The position numbers and the translations under genes were made by a program. DNA of 64,000 bases from Schmidtea nova (Eukaryota): NCBI GenBank assembly GCA_044892505.1, contig CM097882.1, positions 250,480,001 through 250,544,000 of the forward strand, given 5' to 3'. Positions 60,576 to 64,000 of this stretch are shown one piece after another. The stretch's first letter is position 1, and each line of letters starts with the position of its first letter. Under the pieces are notes generated by a model. It was not told where the DNA came from. It worked only from the letters and a program-made list of their open reading frames with translations, and did no database searches.

Positions 60576-63500
60576 GAAGCTGTTGTTGAAGCTGTTGTTG
60601 TTGTTGTTGAAGCGGCTCTCGATCACCTACAAATATAGTGGTGTCACCCCCCATATAATGACCATACGCCAAACTTTTATTTTTTTCCACCCAGTTCCTC
60701 TTATCATCCCTACAAGATAAGGCCCTCTTATTACTTTTTATACTAAAGAGCTGATGGTTTTTGCTCGTAATGCGGAACTGGGGGACATTGTATATTTTAT
60801 CATTTAAAAAACAGTCAAGGTAAGACTGGTGTGTGAGACCTGCATCTTTCAAACAGATCCCCTTCGCTTTCATGCAGGCCTCGTCTCCCATCAGGCTATA
60901 ACATTTAGGTCTTAAGAAAACCCACTCATCATACAGTAGACCCTTGTTCTCGTAATTAGAGGTGTCCAAAAGCCTATCGCGAATCATTGCAGCTAAAAGA
61001 GTGTCCAAAGGCAGATTTTTGATTTCTAAGAAGAAGGAATCAGTATCCCCAGCAACGATGTTAATTTCGCAGTTGAAGTCGTTACGATATTTTTGTAACT
61101 CTTCATACTGCAGCTGGTACATACGAAGTTTGGATAAATCCAGTACGGTTTGTCCGATGTAGCTGGGTCTATCCAAACATACTGATTCCTTCTGAAGCAA
61201 TACGGAGATGAGGTCACTGTCGATTTTGTTAGTTTTTTTAAATTTAGGTTTAGATGTGTAAGTCAGCAGTTTTTGTGCCGAGTTACACAATCTTAAATTG
61301 ATTCGTTTTTTTAAGTTCTCTACGGTTTTGCCGTAGAGACTATTATTTAATAATTTATAAAAATTCTTATCGAGCTTATTTGTTGATGCAGCTCGTAAGT
61401 CTGTGTTAATTTTAATATAATTAAAAAATATTTTACTTTGCGAAAATTTAATTGCGCGATAAATGTGTGTTACTTTAACACCAATTTTAATAAATAGTTG
61501 CAGAAGCCGCCAATGAAGAACATAATTCTTCTTTGGAAGATGCGTTAGCAACAGCTTCTCAACCTTGGATCCCGGTGCACACATCTTTTCAGCGGCAACT
61601 GGAAGATCATCCAGTTTGTCGTGAATCGATGCCGGAATTTCCAAATCCACTTCTATGGTGTAACCATAATGAAGTGTATCGAGATTTTCCGATGTGCACT
61701 CACAAACGATTTGATTTAATAATTGGTCATCAGTGACCCACTCAAAATTACCACATGGCAAGGGTTGGCTTAAGGCCCACCCATATAAATTATTTATGTC
61801 AATATATAATAGTGCGGTATCCGGGCTCGTCTTGACATAATGTTTATTGACAAACGTTAGTCCGCCGCGAATACCGCCCTCGAAAAAGTTATACATCTCC
61901 ATATCGGTGAGGAGCTCGATAGGAGAGTCAAGAGTTAATAAAGCGGAACTCCACGACATGCCGGGAATTCCGAGAAAATTTAAAGGCTCAAGCCTGTTAT
62001 GGTTAATTTATTTAATTCGAAATTGCTGAAAATAGTCAGCTAACAAAAACACAAAAACACACAAAAACCATCATGTAATCGTACAGTGATGTACATGAGG
62101 TTTCTTGCCATATTTTATGGGCAGCAGCATACTCGACAGCAGTTATATCTTTCCACTTGGGTGGTAAACACAATGTAGATTTTAAAACCTCTAAAGAAGT
62201 GGCAGCGTCGTAAGGAAATATGCCCTTGGCCGTGACTATAGTACCGCGAAATTCTGAGTTTGTTAAAGGTAACGAAGTAAGGGTTTTTACCGCGTTATTT
62301 AGAGACTCACTCACAAACTGATACGAGTCTATAAATTTTACAGTGAGGCTATCGATGTACGCGAAAAGACTTAAAAACTTTTCGCTGGTCAAGGGAATAC
62401 AACTTATATTCCACGTGTTATATTTCGAAAGGCCGTATTTTAATATATGGTGTAAATCGTAACCCTTCAAGTTGTGAAAGATAACGGGCAAAGAGTGTCT
62501 TATTGGCCTGGATTTGTTGCACTCTGAGCAGGCTGCTCCAATATAAAGACCGGTGAAATGGTCGTGATCCCTAACAGGTACCACTAAAAGCTTTTTACAT
62601 AAATAGCAATTAGTGCTATTGTCAAATTCTCGCTGTTGGGTCGCAGTGATCGTCATGCGCTTTTTGTAATTTTTATAGTAATAGGGTGTCACTATATACC
62701 GACTGATTGACTCAATTTCTCTTAGGAATTGGTCAACACAGTCTAACCCTACAAAAGACTTGTAAATTCTCACCCCAGTAAAGTTGTTAATCAGAAGGAG
62801 ACCTGCGGCAATAGGAAGATGTTTTTGGTGGTGAACAGTGTCTTTGGGTAATATTGCCTCGAAATCAGCATATATTACGAAAGGAGGAGTTACTGTTTTC
62901 TTCCAATCAGTAAACTCTAAAAATTTATTTTTGGGTAATGTGTAGAGGGTGGTACCCAACTGATTTTTTGTACAAAGACCCTTATGACGATTAAAGGCTT
63001 CGTCGTTCCTAAAGCCATTCAAGCAACGAGTGCACCATTTGTTGCAAATCCTAACTGGGGTGATGGTACTATTCCGGCAATTCAAAAAACGATTAAGGTC
63101 AGTAATCGCGAGATAATGAAAATTATCTTTTTTCTCCAAAAGAAGTAAATTTATGGGAATAGCCCCGACTACTTTACTGCGATAAACTATGTCGATAAAA
63201 GGGTGTTTAAGGACGACATTATCATCATTATCGCTATCGCTTACATCAATTTGGGCCTTTTCGTCATATGTAAGAACATTAATGCTGTAGCCACTGTTTT
63301 GCCTCTCGAATTTCTTAATGTTGACTAATTTCATGGGCATGTCATTTGGATCAAATACAAGTTGGGAAAGGTCTTAAGAAGAAACCCTATGTCTGTATTG
63401 GCGTTCAATACTATCGTATTTAACTATAGCTAAAAAGCTATATAAAAAGCAATAGGTGTCGTTATTGTTGACATTAACGAGGCAACTTAAACTTTTTAAA

Positions 63501-63904
63501 CTATTTGGAGTTTCGATATAACTGCTGCCGCTCAACCTACTAATTTCAGAAAATTTAGTGACTAAAAAACTAATATATTCGATTTTAGAGATTGTCCAAT
63601 TACTCCCCTTTTCGTTAATCTGGACAATCTTTTCATTTAAACTAGTGATACCTTCCTCAATAAAGATATCACTCCACTCTCTGGCAGAATTTGAGATGAC
63701 AAAAGATTGTAATTGATCATCTTTCTCAAATTCTACCTTGAGACAAAATTGAATTTTAACTGATTTTAATTTAATAATATATGATTTTAATTTCTCTATC
63801 AATATATCCGGTACAGAGACTGTTTTTAATAATAAATTAGATACGTCCATTTTTATAATAAAATGGGTATCGTTCAAGTCGGAAGTAACTTCAACAATAC
63901 CCAT
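60493..63904 (-). pseudogene. Polinton/Maverick protein-primed DNA polymerase B, disrupted
   Basis: GSNW, GSSYIETP, YADFE, endonuclease-VII-like CYLC...RDHDH...CSEC, FHNLKGYD, DINNLYG, KLLNNSLYGK, GDTDS, LRPKCYS. Stop at 63374-63376, frameshift near 62060, stop near 62020, KxKDE segment deleted, polyQ tail. Confidence 0.95.
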
Positions 63905-64000
63905 TCCAATTTGATTATTATTATTATTTATAATATTAACATAATCGTCAAATTCATCATCATTGACGGTTATGTCATCGGTAGATATAATATCGATATT

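Overview
AT-rich eukaryotic genomic scaffold with three N gaps. It is most likely from a triclad planarian, because it holds three copies of the planarian 42-nt spliced leader (SL). No intact, recognisable host gene was found. The window is a dense stack of mobile elements: two Mutator/MULE relics (one with a C-terminal RING finger), a full-length mariner, several hAT elements, a Merlin fragment, piggyBac/MULE/hAT MITEs, a hairpin-ended TA-associated element, a 3.2-kb foldback, and the end of a Polinton/Maverick with a disrupted protein-primed DNA polymerase B. It also carries host-gene fragments (Hsp70, histone H2B, SMYD5, RagC/D, GBF1, polyubiquitin). Main candidates for new biology: (1) At 35644-43790, an LTR-like retroelement (TG...CA ends, initiator-Met-type PBS). 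In its ~1.85-kb LTRs a constant ~104-nt leader is followed by the host SL exon and then by different host mRNA 5' ends (GBF1, RagC/D, one unidentified). This suggests an element that uses the SL as its R region and serially captures trans-spliced mRNAs. (2) Two histone-type 3' stem-loops just downstream of the Polinton polymerase gene. (3) A recurrent, highly diverged two-ORF family (Trp-rich ORF-A plus coiled-coil/basic ORF-B) with no recognisable transposase or RT. All protein identifications come from recalled family motifs, not database searches.
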